64,000 nt of DNA from the human T2T-CHM13v2.0 reference genome, Homo sapiens. Numbering within the stretch: position 1 is the stretch's first letter; every line of letters starts with the position of its first letter. The stretch lies in assembly GCF_009914755.1 (NCBI RefSeq), contig NC_060944.1; one strand, 5' to 3'. Shown here in pieces: positions 24,546 to 39,204 of the stretch. A program made the translations under genes and the position numbers. The notes under the pieces were generated by a model. That model had not been told where the DNA came from and ran no database searches. It saw only the letters and a list, made by a program, of their open reading frames with translations.

Positions 24546-26103
24546 CTATTATTTCCATACATTTCTTCCTTCTAAGTCACTGCATATATATATATATATA
24601 TATATATATGGCTTCAAATCTAGATAGTTGTGTATTCATAGTATGTTCACAACATGTTCAATTCATCTGGCCCATTCTCTCACTTCACACCTGAAGAAGC
24701 AGAGACCCAGAAAGGTTAAATAACTTGCCCAAGTAACACAGCTTGTCAGTGTTACTTACCAGCTCAAGTCACTTGTGCCTGGAATCATTTCTCCCAGCAT
24801 ACTCTCCAGATTGGGGATCTGAAAGAGCAGTGGAGTGGGCAATCTACTTTTCCAGAGAAGGTCTTTATATAGAAAACAGTTTTGCCTGGAGGGAGCCAGA
24901 AACCTCCTGATGTAGGAATAACGCCTCTCACTAGAGTCATCAGAGTCACTGGAATGAGAAATTACCGGGTACCACAGGCACACTGAATTGTAATTTATTT
25001 TTCAAATGTGTGGTAAGTTGAGGACACTGGAAATGAGCATGGTACAATGAGAATCAGAAAACAGTGGGTTAAAATTTACCAATTAACTTGGGTATGCCAC
25101 ATAATTCCCACAAGCCGCATTCTCTGCATCCACAAAGTGCAGTTAGTGGTGCTTCTCTCTCAGTGTGGTGACAGCGATCAGAGCGGATTCTTACGGGGGG
25201 GCAATGAGTCCAGGGCCACGGATGGCCAAAAAATGTTCTTTGCTTCAAAAAAGGTGATGGCTGACTTTGGGGCAGAGAAACTGGTGGTAAAGTTAAGGCT
25301 GGGGAGGGCCAATAGGAAGGGGCCATGAGGGGTGGAGAACAACACCTGGAAGAAAATGTTCCTGCTCTGAGAGAAGTAGAAGACCTGGAACCACAGGACC
25401 AGTACTTCTCACCCACACATCTATTGTATGGGCCTGGGATGGAGATCTGCGCCACCAACTGAATCTTCAAGCAAGCACATAAAATAGTGGTATTTCATTT
25501 CTAATTACACATTCTGTCAGTCATGTTGGGTTTCCCCTGCAATTAACTGGCTCTTTACAAACGCATTAGCATATACAGCCAAAGGCATTGGTTTCAGACT
25601 GAGGCAAATCTGGTGTAAAACCGGCAACTCAGAAATTGTGTGACTTTGGGCAAGTTACTCAGAGTTTATGAAGTTCAATTTCTTCATTCGTAGAATGGTG
25701 GACAATTATTCAGTTACTATTGCTGTGTAGCAAATTACCCCAGAGCCTAGAGAAGAAAGGAAACCACAGTTTTTTGGCTCACTATTTTGTGGTTCAGGAA
25801 TTTGGGAAGGGCTTGCGGTTCCCACTTGGGATGCCATATACTTGCAGTCAGACAGCAGCGGAGATTCGGGGGAGGGGGTTGTCTGAAGACTCAACAGGGC
25901 TCCATGTCCAAGATGTCCCATCACATGGCTACAGGCTGGGAGCCCAGCTGAGGATCAACCATAGGACCAAAGCTTAGCCTCTCCAGGACCATAGTCTCAG
26001 GGGGCTCAGACTTCTTTACAGGCTGACTGGCTTGCCCTAGGCCAAAACGCAAGATGTCCTTTTCTGACGTATTCTTGTAAGTCAGACAGCATCACAGCAT
26101 CAC

Positions 26104-26105
<2 letters not shown>

Positions 26106-26149
<44 letters not shown>
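26106..26149. repeat. (TG)22 microsatellite
   Basis: Perfect dinucleotide run; a second (TG)n lies at ~26547-26579. Confidence 0.97.
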
Positions 26150-26151
<2 letters not shown>

Positions 26152-26544
26152 CCTTGTCTAGTTTTTATTTGTTTGCTTGTGGGCTCTTTTATTTATTTCA
26201 GTAGGTTTTGGGGAAACAGGTGGTGTTTGTTTACATGAAGAAGTTCTTTAATGGTGATTTCTGAGATTTGGCACACCCATCACCCAAGCATTGTACACTG
26301 TCCCCAGTGTGTAGTCTTTTATCCCTTGCCCCCTCCCATCCTTCCCCCTAAGTCCCCCAAAGTCCATTGTATCATTTGTATGCCTTTGTGTCCTCATAGC
26401 TTAGCTCCCACTTATAAGTGAGAACATACGATGTTTGATGTTCCATTCCTGAGTTGCTTTACTTAGAATAATGGTCTCCAGTCCCATCTGGATTGCTGCA
26501 AATGCCATTATTTTTTTCCTTTTTCTGGCTGAGTAGTAGTCCAT

Positions 26545-26581
<37 letters not shown>

Positions 26582-26659
26582 CATATTTTCTTTATCCACA
26601 CATTGATTGATGGGCATTTGGGCTGGTTCCATATTTTTGCAATTTTGAATTGTGTGGCT
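26106..26659 (-). mobile_element. 5'-truncated L1PB-like element with 16-bp TSD
   Basis: ggggaaacaggtggtgtttgtttacatgaagaagttc...agctcccacttataagtgagaacat; TSD catcacagcatcactt at 26090-26105 and 26660-26675. Confidence 0.85.
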
Positions 26660-28331
26660 CATCACAGCATCACTTATTTCATGATAAATCAGTGGTTGAA
26701 TCAGTCACATGCTCATCCAGGTCAAAGAGAGGAACCTAGGTTCTACCTCTTGATGAGAAGAATATCAAAGAACTTACAGATATGTTTTAACACTGTCACA
26801 ATTGTAATACCACTTTATAATATTGTTGAAAGAATTAGATATATAATCATTGTAAAGTATTTTGCATTTGGTGCTATTGTTAAGATTTTTATATTTGCAT
26901 ATAGCAGGGAAACAGGTTGCTGCCTCTGAGCTGGAAAGATGCAGGTTTTAAGAGACAAACACAGGTATACGCCATCCTTTCTTTAAGCCACAGCTTTATA
27001 AAAACCTAGTCACTCGAACCCAGGCTAGCAACTAGTTGAATGCCATTGATTTCTTAGAGGAATTAACCAAATACCTTCTCTGGGTCCCTAAGATGCATTG
27101 ATCTCCTGCTTTCCTCCCCAGCACTGTGCGAATGTCACTGAATGATGGGAGGCTGTTTAAATGGATAGAAATATTGATTTTCTTTTCTACCTTTTTGAAA
27201 GTTCTTTGCTTACCAGGTGCTGAGCAAACATCAGGCAAACGGCAGTCCACATAGAAATAGATGATGTGAGGAGCAACAATGGCAGTTCTGGCTTCTGAAT
27301 GTGAAGCTGGTTAAGCAGCAGGTGCCCCCACTACACACTGTGGTTTTAGATTCAAAAACTACACATCATTGTTCACACTTCGTCATTTGCTAATTGATAA
27401 TACAGCTCGCCCCTGTGGCACTAAGTAGCATAGTGGAAAATATTTCCAACCAATCCATGGAAACAGCTCCATCCGTGTCTGAAGAGGGTCGACTGAAAGC
27501 TGAGATGAACTGAGGGCCAGTGACGGGGTAATGAGGTGCATTTCGGAGGCTGGGGTCTGCATCCTAGGTGTCCATGTGCAAAATTGGTTATACCCTTGGA
27601 AATGACAACAATGTTCTGTCTTAGTCTGTGTCAGAGATGACAGATAAACACAGGTTAAGAAATTTCTGGGTTTCTTTGATATAGAGGACATCCAAGAAAC
27701 CATGCATCAACATTAGGTTGCTATTGACACCCAAGGAAACTGATGTGTGGTTAACTTCTCCGAAAGAAAAAGCCAGGGGTCCCTCAGGGAGCCAAAGGGC
27801 AGCAGATTGGAAATCACTCGCAATTCACACCATTGGAAGGAAACCAATGATGGAGGATGGAGAAGAGCCCTGTTTCCAATATGTGCTTCCTAAAGGATAC
27901 AGTCCCAGAGAACTTGCCTCAAAGAACAACAAAGGAGAATCCCCAGAGAGTGACACTTTTTCATGATTTTGTCAGATACTCTGAATTTAAGTAGATTACT
28001 GCTTTCAACAGAATATGACGAAAACCACAGTGGGGCATTCTTGGGCTTGCTTTTCAGTTTTTGCGATGTTCTTAGGGAAAAGGTCTTACTGGGTCAGGTT
28101 TGCCAGGCTCTGCCCTTGGAGCACATTTTCAGCACTTGGTTGGAAGAAGATTCATTTAACCCTCAGCTGTAGATGAGAACAGGATGCAGCAAATTTACTG
28201 CAAACCAGAAAATAAAATTGGCTTTTCTATCCAAGAAGGAAATAAAGAAAAATCTGCCTTATCTTACTTTATAAAGATAATTCTTTTGTTTTCCCTGAAA
28301 TAAATAATAATCATTTAAAAGCATTGGGAGA

Positions 28332-28631
<300 letters not shown>

Positions 28632-28657
28632 TTAGGAGAAGAGAAAGAGGGAAATAA

Positions 28658-29180
<523 letters not shown>

Positions 29181-31655
29181 AACCTTATGTTTTTAAAATT
29201 GTTGTTGGTTTTGTTTTCAAGTGAACTTTTTGCCTGTTCTGTCAGGATCATTTCAGGAGAGTAGCAACCCTAAAGAAAACTCTCTTTTTCTTTGACATAA
29301 AACTTATTTTTAAAAAATTAAATAAATACTTAGTGAGTTCCTACTTTGCATCTGGCACTTCCGGGAACTCAGAAACAGAGTGAGAGAGGGGTCATTCCCA
29401 GGGAGAGGGATGGTACTAGGAGATGAGACAGGACTGGGACCTTCCTAGAGCTCTGGGTGCTATTGGGAGGGCAAACAAATACATGTCATTCCTGGAATGA
29501 TTAGGAGACACTGGCAATTCAAAGGGAAGACAATCTCAACACACTAGTGCGATGGGTGAGTCCAAATTGATAGCAGAACTTCCAGCAAATCGACCCTCCT
29601 TAAAATTCAAGATAGAACTCTTAGAAAGGATATAGGAATGTTCACATAGCATCTTGTTTTTGAAGTGATTTTGTGGCCTCATCAAGGAATCCCGTCTAGT
29701 TTTCATTAAGAACAGCACACATTTTTAGGGAGATTTATTCAACAATTACTATAACAAGACCCTCCCCTAGAAAGCTTCTTAGGGATACACAGCACTTTTC
29801 AGACCCCATACAACAGTTCCATAAAAGTGATCAAATTTCACATTGTGAAACGAGACACGATGCAGCTTTTTAAAATGCTGACGAGGCATGAACAACCTGG
29901 TGGCTTTCATTTGCTTTTTGACCTGAGCATGTTTTGAAGTGGAGGAGACAAGTGAACAAAGTGAACAGAAATCAGTGAACTCCATCAGAGAACCACGGTA
30001 GGCTTGTTCACAAGCTGCTGTGAGCCACCACGTCCTGGGTTTCTTTGTTTTGCAGCAACAGTAGCTGGAACACAAACATTGAGCTCATGATCCGTCGACA
30101 TTTCCTCATTGGCTTTGGCCATTTAGCATTGCAGGCCCAGCCCATGTTGATTTTTTTATTCCTTTACAATTAAAATGTTTTGGTTGTTTTTGTTGTTGTT
30201 GTTGTTTCTGCTTGAAGGCTTCTGGAATTTTGTCTCTATCACTGCAATTTAAATATTCCCTGGAATATGGCTAAATACAGATCTCATGTTATTAATCTTG
30301 CCTAGAGTGAAGTGAGCCTTTCATTCTCTACACTGAAGTGTTTTGCTTCGTGGCTTTTCCAACGGTTCTGTTTATTTGTTTGTTTGTTTTCCAGGAATAT
30401 TGTTAGGAATATTCCCAAGCTGAGGAGCTGGTACACACTGATAAATCTGGAACTGCCCAGCTCCCCTGTCATTGCTGCCCTCGGTCTAAGGACCAGCAAT
30501 GGAAAAGAGTAGAGTGGCCTCCTAACTATGCATAGACTATGGGCTCAGTTTACTGTAGATTACAGTGAACACTAGCAATGGACATGTCATAAGTTAATGC
30601 TTTGACCTTCGGATTTTAGGACCTAAGACTCAACATTTGCCTTTTATAACATCCATGCAACCCACCCCTGCCTGTTATGTGACGCATTCCCCCTCTCAGG
30701 CCTAAGTTTATAGCTCTCTGGCTATAAATTCCTAAGCATGGGGTCTACCCCAAATGCTGGCATCACTAAGAACAAATGGGACAAGAAAACCCACCCTTTA
30801 CTTCTACCTCCTGAGGCTCCTCAGTAAGGAGATATTGAAGCTTTTAGAGTAAACACACAGGCGGCATGGAGGAAGAGTCATGCAGGTCCCCATGAAAAGA
30901 TATCTGACTTGAGATCACTCCCATTTGATAGCAGTAGCATTTGCTGTTGAGAAGGCATTCAGAAGTATTCCCATCCCCCAAACTAACTATAGCTTTATTG
31001 TTGAATCTGTTTCTCTGCTCTGTGTCCTACACGCCTATAATTTTCCCCTTTTGACATTTTAATCTCTTTCTGGTAAAACTGCTAAAATTCACCTGTCATT
31101 ACCAGTCCATTTCTGCATTGTGAATTCTGCTCTTTGCTGCTTTCAAACCAGATTTAATTTGGGTTTTGTGCTGGGCATCCTCTTCTTGTCTCTATGATTC
31201 TTCAATTTACCTTTTGTTCCTTTTTACCTTTTGTATCTTTTGTTTAAAAAGGTAAAATTCTTCAATTTTACTGCTTATCTTGTGTTTTTTTCCTCTCCGT
31301 CTTACGGATTTGGGCTCCTATTTTGTTACAATCTTGATGTACATCCTAATTAATACACCAAGGAATTTCTTCTGGTTCTTACGCTTAGTTATTTTGCAGT
31401 GCAGTGTTTTTCCCTGAATCTTCAGCAGAATGTTCCCCTCCCCTGTTCCTTGCATTTTTCATTCCAGCTCTCCTATGTGGGCTTCTTTTTTCTGGCTTAC
31501 TTATTTTTAAATGAGATAAGCTTTACCCAAACCCAGAATTCACCACCAGACTCACTGCTGGGTTGTCCCTGATCTGTCCATTAACTAAGTCACCTCCTGA
31601 GAGATAGCACTGGAAGAGCATAGTTCTTTGCCAAATTCCCAATGTTTAAAGGATT

Positions 31656-31948
31656 GGCCGGGCGCAGTGGCTCATACCTGTAATCCCAGCACTTTGGGAG
31701 ACTGAGGCAGGTGGATCACTTTGAGGTCAGGAGTTCGAGAGCAGCCTGGCCAAAATGTCTCTACTAAAAATACAAAAATGAGCTGGGCATGGTGGTGCAT
31801 GCCTGTAATCCCAGCAACTTGGGAGGCTGAAGCAGCAGAATCACTTGAACCCAGGAGACAGAGGTTGCAGTGAGCCAAGACCGCACCACTGTACTCCAGC
31901 CTGGAAGGCAGAGCGGGACTGTCTCAAAAATAAATAAATAAAATAAAA
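31656..31948 (+). mobile_element. Alu (S-like)
   Basis: ggccgggcgcagtggctcatacc start, (AAAT)n tail. Confidence 0.95.
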
Positions 31949-32989
31949 GATTGCAGGGTTTAAATTGAATCTCTTCCTACCCTTACTGCATATTTCTCTG
32001 ACATTCTGAACAAATAAGTGATTAAAAAATGACAATCCACCAGGGTTCTTATGTTTCCACTCACACACTTGAAAGTTGTGATTTATAGCTCCCGAAGTGA
32101 AGCGGGCCGCCCCCAGTATCTACCTCCTTTCCATAAGCTGTGTATTTTGGAAATGTATATGTCTACGTATTATTTTATGTTTACCCTTTCAAAGAAGGGG
32201 TCTTGCTGAAAAATTCCCTTGTTTTCAGGAACCCTGCAGAGATGGACCGTCAAATGTGTTTATCTATTCAGCCGCACTGAATAGCTACACTACTTAGCAG
32301 CAATTCTTTTGAATTCTAGCAGCAGATGGACTATGAGTTCTGCTTTTCATGGCGTGTCTTGAGTACTTCAGTGAGAAACTCAAGAGCACTAGGCAAGGAG
32401 TTAGTATCCAGAAGCCTCTTTCAGAAAGATGATTCTGGCAGAAAACTGTTTTTAAGAGGGACAGACACAAGAGTAGAATAACCACATGTGCTCTCAAAAG
32501 TCAGACTTGTTTACAGAAAAATCTATCTCCACAACTTTTTTTTTCCACAGTGTTCCATGAACATGCTCCAGGGCCACCTCTCAATACTCACATGTGCAAT
32601 ATGCATTTTTGCATCTTTCCAATCCTGTCCAGCCTGCTTCAGCTGCTGTTCAGTGAGAACCATGTGTTCCCAAAACTGTAAGTTTAGCCTGGCCACAGGG
32701 GTAATTGATTTTCTTTGATTTGTTTGTATAAAGCACTATCCAGTCCCATTTTACAAGAAGGAGAATTGGAGTAGACAGTTTAAGGAGTGGACTACATACT
32801 GTAAATGTTCTTGAGTGATAAGGTGTGTGTCACACCCAGCACCAGCAAATTACACATACACACACATACAGCAAAATTAGCATCATTCAGAAGTTCTTCC
32901 CACACATTCCAAGAAACATTGTTGAGATGGTGTTATTATTCCATGCTTACTTATTTAGAATGCATTTAGTGTTAAGCAATCTATAACGC

Positions 32990-33303
32990 TCTTGTTTGTT
33001 TCTTTGCTTGTTTGTTTGTTTGTGACAGAGTCCTTCTCTGTCACCCAGACTGGAGTGCAGTGGCGTAATCTCCATGCACTGCACCCTCCACCCCACTGAG
33101 GTCAACCAATCCTCCTACCTCAGCCTCCCTGGTAGCTGGGACTACAGGCATGTATCAACATGCCTGGCTAATTTGTGTATTTTTTGCAGAGACGGGGTTT
33201 CACCATGTTGTCCAGGCTGGTCTCAACTCCTGGACTCAAGCGCTCCACCTGCCTCAGCCTTCCAAAGTGCTGGGATTACAGGCATGAGCCACCAGGCCTC
33301 GCC
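32990..33303 (-). mobile_element. Alu (J-like)
   Basis: Antisense Alu with (TTTG)n tail. Confidence 0.9.
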
Positions 33304-33323
33304 TATAAAGCTCTTTAATAAAC

Positions 33324-33639
33324 TTTTTTTTTTTTTGAGACAGGGTCGTGCTCTGTTGCTCAGACTGGAGTACAGTGGCACGATCATGGCTCACTGCAAC
33401 CTTGACCTCCTGGGCTCTAGTGATCCCCACCTCAGCCTCTCAAGCACCTGGGACTATAGGTGCGCACCACCACACCTGGCTAATTGTTTTCTTTTTCTTT
33501 TCCTTTTTTTCTTTTTTTTTGGTAGAGATAGGGTCTTGCTATATTGCCCAGGCTTGTCTTGAACTCCTGGCTTCAAGGAATCCTTCCACCTTAACCTCCC
33601 AAGGTGCTGGGACTACAGGCATAAGCCATGCACCTAGCC
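33324..33639 (-). mobile_element. Alu (J-like), tandem with the previous copy
   Basis: Antisense Alu with poly(T). Confidence 0.9.
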
Positions 33640-34199
33640 AACAATTATTTTTTATCACAACACAGCGAGGTTCCTGCTATAATTATCCTGACTTTACAGA
33701 TGAGAAAACAAATGTACAGAAAGCTTAAAAAACTTGACTAAGGCCAAACAACTAGCAAGTGGTAGATTCAGTATGTGGGCCTAGACAGTCCTTCTCCAGA
33801 GACTGACTCTCACTATCCCTTTATTCAGCACTCTCTGTATTGCATGAGAAAAAATACATGTTGCATCTGTAGCTGAACTTCATACAACGCACACCAACTA
33901 CATTTGGGAGACAGATTCATTTATTTACAAATTCCCAGTGGCCACCAAAACATCTGATAGTTAAAAAGCCCATCTTAAATGTTTGTGGAAATGAATGGAA
34001 TTGGATGGTTTTAGTAGCTTCAATTTGACTCATCTAAGAAAATAGTATAACCCACATGTAGCTGTCCTCCTGAGGGTGGCCTCTGTTTTCACTATCTGCC
34101 AGCCATGAAACAGGGCTGCTTCATCCCTGCACAGATATCTTCAGTAGAACTTGTCAGCAACCAACCTCACTTCTCCAGCATGAATATTAGCTCTCTCTC

Positions 34200-34695
34200 T
34201 GCATGCGGGAGGCAGAATAATGACCTTCTCAAAGATGCCCACATTCTAAGCCCTAGAACTTGTGAATATGTTATGCCACATGGCAAGGTGGGGTTAAGGT
34301 TTTAGACGAAATGAAAGTTGTTAATAAGCTGGCTTTGAGACAGGGAGATTATCCTGAATTATCTGAATGGCCCCAATGTAATCACGAGTATCCTTACAAG
34401 AGGAAGGCAGAAGAGAAAGTCAAGGTGATATCATACAAGAAATATTTCATCCACTGTTGCGCCGTTAATGATGGAGAAATGGGATCATAAGCCAAGGAAT
34501 GAGGAAGCCTCCAGAAGCTGGAAAAGGCAAAAAAAGAATCCCTGCCCCCTACAAGAGCCTCTAGAAGGAGCACAGCCCTGCTGACACCCTGCTTTTAGAC
34601 CTCTGATTCCTAGAACTGTAAGAGAATGAATTTGTGTTGTTTTAAGCCACTAAGTCGGTGGCCATCTGTTACAGCAGCCACAGAAAACTGCCCAC
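34200..34695. mobile_element. MLT1D/C-like LTR
   Basis: ggcagaataatgacc...gggagattatcctgaattatctg...tttgtgttgttttaagccactaag...gttacagcagccacagaaaac. Confidence 0.8.
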
Positions 34696-36102
34696 TGCAG
34701 GATGAAAAGCCACTTTCTCCTGGTATTTCTCAAAGGCTAATCTAAGAGCATGGATTGTTCTGTATCTTCCAGGAGCACTATTGCAAAGTCGATTCATTAC
34801 TTTTTTCATTTGTTCTGCATCACCGTGCTGGGGCTCATTAACGCCCTGTCATCGGGTGCTCTGTGCGTAAGTAGAAGTGTGTTAAGAATCAATCGCTCTG
34901 ACCTTTATTCCCTGTTGGTGTTTTGTCATTCGTGGGCTGCTTGGCTTGACATATGAATTACTCTCCAGCTGCCTGGTGCTGGGGAGGCACAGTCACCAGC
35001 CCCCAAATATTTCAGACATATGCCAATTGCAATTTCAACACACATTTTTTTTCTACCGTCACCCTGGAACTGTTCCATTGGCAATGCATGAAATATGAAC
35101 AAGAGGAAATAATTGACAAGGCACCACTGTTGACTAAGGGGCTAACCTTTGAGGAAGATTAAAAACAGATGTCCTTGAAGAAGAAAGAACTGAGGAAGTG
35201 AATCTTCTCTCCTCTTAACTCTTTAGTTCATTGTCCTCATCCAAAAATTAAACTAACACACTCTGAAGAAGGTTTAAGGAGATCAGGAATTTTCAAGAAT
35301 TCATTTGTATTCTGTAGCAGACAGCTTGTTTGTTTGTTCCCCATTGAAAACCTACAAGAAACAATACTGCAACCTTTGTTATAGCAAATAACTGGTGGGT
35401 GTATCCCTCCATGCCAAACACATGCCAAGCATAAAAAATGTGCCTAGAAAAACAAATAACTTTGGAAGGCTCTTTTCCCAGTGCCTTCTTACTTCCTTTG
35501 TCTTAGTCCTCCTTTCTGTGATGGTGCCCAACCTAAGCCCTGGATCCTTTGCTGTTGATTTCAGTAGCATTTCTCCCTGACTTGCAGGAAACTGCCCAAG
35601 GCTTTCAAAATTACCTTTTCCATAAACTCCTGTTCCTTCCTCGAACCAATCTCAACCAGCATCTTTGCAAAAAGCTGCCTAATTAATGACTTCATGCACA
35701 AGTGTGGGTAAGTGATAACACCTGGATGTGTTGCCCTTCCCAGAGGACTTGTTTTCCAAATCTTTTCAAATAGAGACATAATCAGCCTGGATAATGAGTG
35801 CTCAAAACTAAAGCTTAACCCTTCATGGCAGGAGTGTGGTCAGTGTGCGTGTGCTCAGGGGAGGTGATATGGGTCATTGGAGGCTTTCTTTGTGCCCCTC
35901 AAATCACATGATTTGTACTACCCAAATGCTGCCCCTGCTTCCACTCTGACGATGAAATGATTTCATGAATATATTGACCATTATAATTATAGCCAGTGAC
36001 ATTTATAGTATGCTTCATTATTCTCAACAAGAAAAGTTTATTTCATGTCATCCTCACCAATAAGCCTGTGAGGTCAAGAATTCCATCATGTCCGTGCTAT
36101 AC

Positions 36103-36310
36103 ACCAGAAATCAACAAACTTTCTGTAAAGGGCCAGAGAGCAAATATTTCAGGCTTTGAGGCCATATGGTCTCTGTTGCAATTACTCAACTCTACGGCTG
36201 CAGTGTGAAAGCAGCCATAGGCAGTGTATAAACAAATGGGCATAGCTATGTTCCAAAAAATTTATTTACAAAAGCAGTCAGCAGACTAGACTTGCCAAAC
36301 CCATGGTCTG
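36103..36310. mobile_element. MER58A-like DNA transposon
   Basis: caaactttctgtaaagggccagagagcaaatatttcaggctttg...ctatgttccaa...tatttacaaaagcag. Confidence 0.8.
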
Positions 36311-38259
36311 GATGAAGAAAGCACAACCTGGAGAATTTGAGGCCCTACCTCAGAACATGCACAAATCAGAAGCAAACCACCTCAGAACCCAAACCCAGTT
36401 CTTTCTTACTTGAAATTCGGTGCTCTTTCACTGAACCACACGGTTTGGGGCATAGTCTTTAGCATTCAGGAGAGTCATGACTTTGGATCAAATCAAGAAT
36501 ACTCTCCACCCACCCATCTCCCCCGTTTTCATCACACACACCTGTAAAGGAGCAGCTGGGGCTGGGGTACCATCATTAGCCTGTGGCCATGGAAACAGAG
36601 TCAAGGTAACTGACCCACAGGACCAAGACACATGACCTTGATGCTATTAGCTCTTTCCATTGAAGCTTGCTGGCCATATACAGCATAATTGAATGAAACT
36701 GCAGAACTTCTTCAGTCAGATCCACCTGTGCCTTCCAGAAGCACATTAATGAGGCCCCCCTCCGGCACAGAATGGGAACTAGGCAATCCAGACACATCCC
36801 CACCCAGCATCCTCCTTCTGGTTCACTAGCAGAACTGGATCATGAATCGACAAAATGAAGGAGGCTTTGCAAGAACAAAGCTTTTGGAACCTGTATTCCT
36901 GGGTGGTGCTGGAGCCATTCATTCCTAGCCAGGTGCCATGAGCACTTTCTCTGTGGGCCCTGTTGGCTCCCCTTTACCTCTCACCCCCAAACGCCTTTCC
37001 AGGGAGGTGTAGTGCTGAGTGCACTGGTCAGATGTGGGGACACTGACTGTTCACAGCTGGAGTGAAGAGGGACAGAGACTTCTCCTCGTCCCCCCACCAT
37101 CCTTCTGTTCCTCCTCCCATTTGTCCTCCCAGGAGCTCTCCTTATTAGACTGAGGCCCTTTAGCCTGCCTGCAATGGAAAACAGAGCCATTCACCTGGCC
37201 CAGGCAGGCTCTTTGGGGTGCTACAATGTGCATGGCCAAAGCTATTCATGTATTAAAGAGGCTTAGCTAGCTTTGCTTCTTTACTGCACTTACATCTCAG
37301 GAGACACTCATTGAGAGGAACATGTCATTTTGGCCAAGAACAGCATTTAGGGACTTTCTAGCTTCTCTGGAAAATTGTCCTGTCAAGTACACCCCAGTCT
37401 AACCATTCCTGCCGTAATATCTGGCATAGAGCCTCCATCTTTTAATATCCTTTTCCTTAATATAATTTCCTAAATCCATCTCCTAACATTGCCCCACCAC
37501 CCTGGAAACAAGCATAGCCCTGGCTGCAATGCACATGTTCCAACCAATATAGAAGCTGAGATTTCACTTTCTCGGGGTTCTCGTTGGCTGCCTTGGCACC
37601 TCGCTCCACAAGAAACATCTTTGATCCCTCCCTAATTACATTGATTTATCTCACGGTATACCTTGTATCCAGAGCTTTAGATGATAGATAGCAATTTGTT
37701 AATACTTGTCACTAAGACTCAATGACTGGAACTGTGGTCAGAGGCATGCAGCCCTATCCTCCCTCCTCAATTGATCATCTTTATTCTTGCAAGATGGTCC
37801 AACCTCTCTAAATGAGGGCAATCAATACTGTGCATTCAGCCATAATCGTGGCTTAACTTGGTATTCTTTGAAAACTTAAGCTGTGTAATTTGCCTGTAAT
37901 TGGGCTTTCCAAAAAGTCATATCTCCTGCTCAAGGAGGCAATTAAGCCGGCACACTCCCTGTCTGCTGCCTGCTCCCTCCCTCCTGGCATCTGACTGCCA
38001 TGGGCCAAGTCTTCCCTCCGCAGACCTCTCTCCTCTCCAGATCCCTGTTTGGATCTCGACAACCAAAGCCAGCAGTTGGCGGCAAAGCAGATGAACTAGA
38101 ATATCTGAGCCCCTTGGAGAGGCCTTTTTCTTCCATAATCTCCCACATCACTTCCATCAATCGCTTTTGGGGGTTTCTCGCTTGATGAGCTGTGTCCAGC
38201 TCATCAATTCAAACACTGAGATAACACACCGCATTGCAAAGGCAAAGGCAGAAAAGCTA

Positions 38260-38465
38260 GAGCCCCAACAGTGAACCCTCATGTAAACCATGGACCGTGG
38301 GTGATGACGATGTGTCAGTGTCGGTTCAGCACGCGTAACAAATGCACGCTGTGCTCCAGCAGGGATGTTGATAATAATGGGAAGGCAGTGCATGTGAGGA
38401 GACAGAGGATATGTGGAACTCTCTGTGCCTTCCTCTCAATTTGCTGTGAACCTAAAACTGCTGAA
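38260..38465 (+). mobile_element. Old L1 (L1MD/MC-like) 3' end
   Basis: gtgaaccctcatgtaaaccatggac...atgtgtcagtgtcggttca...tttgctgtgaacctaaaactgct. Confidence 0.75.
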
Positions 38466-38477
38466 AGACACATAGAC

Positions 38478-38479
38478 GA

Positions 38480-38546
<67 letters not shown>

Positions 38547-38792
38547 GAAGAAAGAAAGAGGAGAGAGAAAAAAGAAAGAAAGAAAGAAAGAAAGGAGAGA
38601 GAAAAAAGAGAAAGAAAGAAAGAAAGAAAGAGAAAGAAAGAAAGAGGAGAGAGAAAAAAGAGAAAGAAAGAAAGAGAGAAAAGAGAAAGAAAGAAGAAAG
38701 AAAGAAAGAAAGGAAAGAAAGAAAGAAAGAAAGAAAGAATGAAAGAAAGAAAGAAAAGAAAAGAAAGAGAGAGAGAAAAGAAAGAAAGAAAG
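38478..38792 (+). repeat. Compound (GAAA)n microsatellite
   Basis: About 315 nt of almost pure purine GAAA/GAGA repeats. Confidence 0.97.
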
Positions 38793-39204
38793 TCTAACAA
38801 AAAGATGTGGAGACATGCCCCTCATGCAGATGGGGACTTGTGTTGCATTTAGGACACACTTAGGAATGGACTCCAGCTGGCTTCTCTTCTCACATTTGAT
38901 TTGCTTTGTCTTCAGTTAGCTAAGAGCAAGAAGATTAAAGTCCAGGCATCTGGGCAGCTTTGGAGTGAGATGAGCCTAGCTTGAGGTGTTTTGGAACAAG
39001 GGAAGTCACTACCCCACTGCCTTTCTACATTACAAAAACATTAGCAAAATTATAGAAGTAACTGCTGGCATTTCTTGAGTTCACACAGTGGGCCAGGTGC
39101 TTATATGCACCATCACTTTTGATCCTCACCACAACCAAAGTACACATGGGAGTGGAGGAGCAGCACAGTACGCTAGAGAAGTACCTAGCTAGACTGCTGG
39201 AGTG

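Larger units (their letters stand above)
25705..26810. mobile_element. MLT1-like LTR split by an L1 insertion
   Basis: cagttactattgctgtgtagcaaattaccccagagc start; continues after the L1. Confidence 0.6.

Noticed and set aside
38271-38852. 193-aa Lys/Arg/Glu-rich ORF and antisense Phe/Leu/Ser ORFs
   Set aside because: Produced by the stop-free (GAAA)n repeat.
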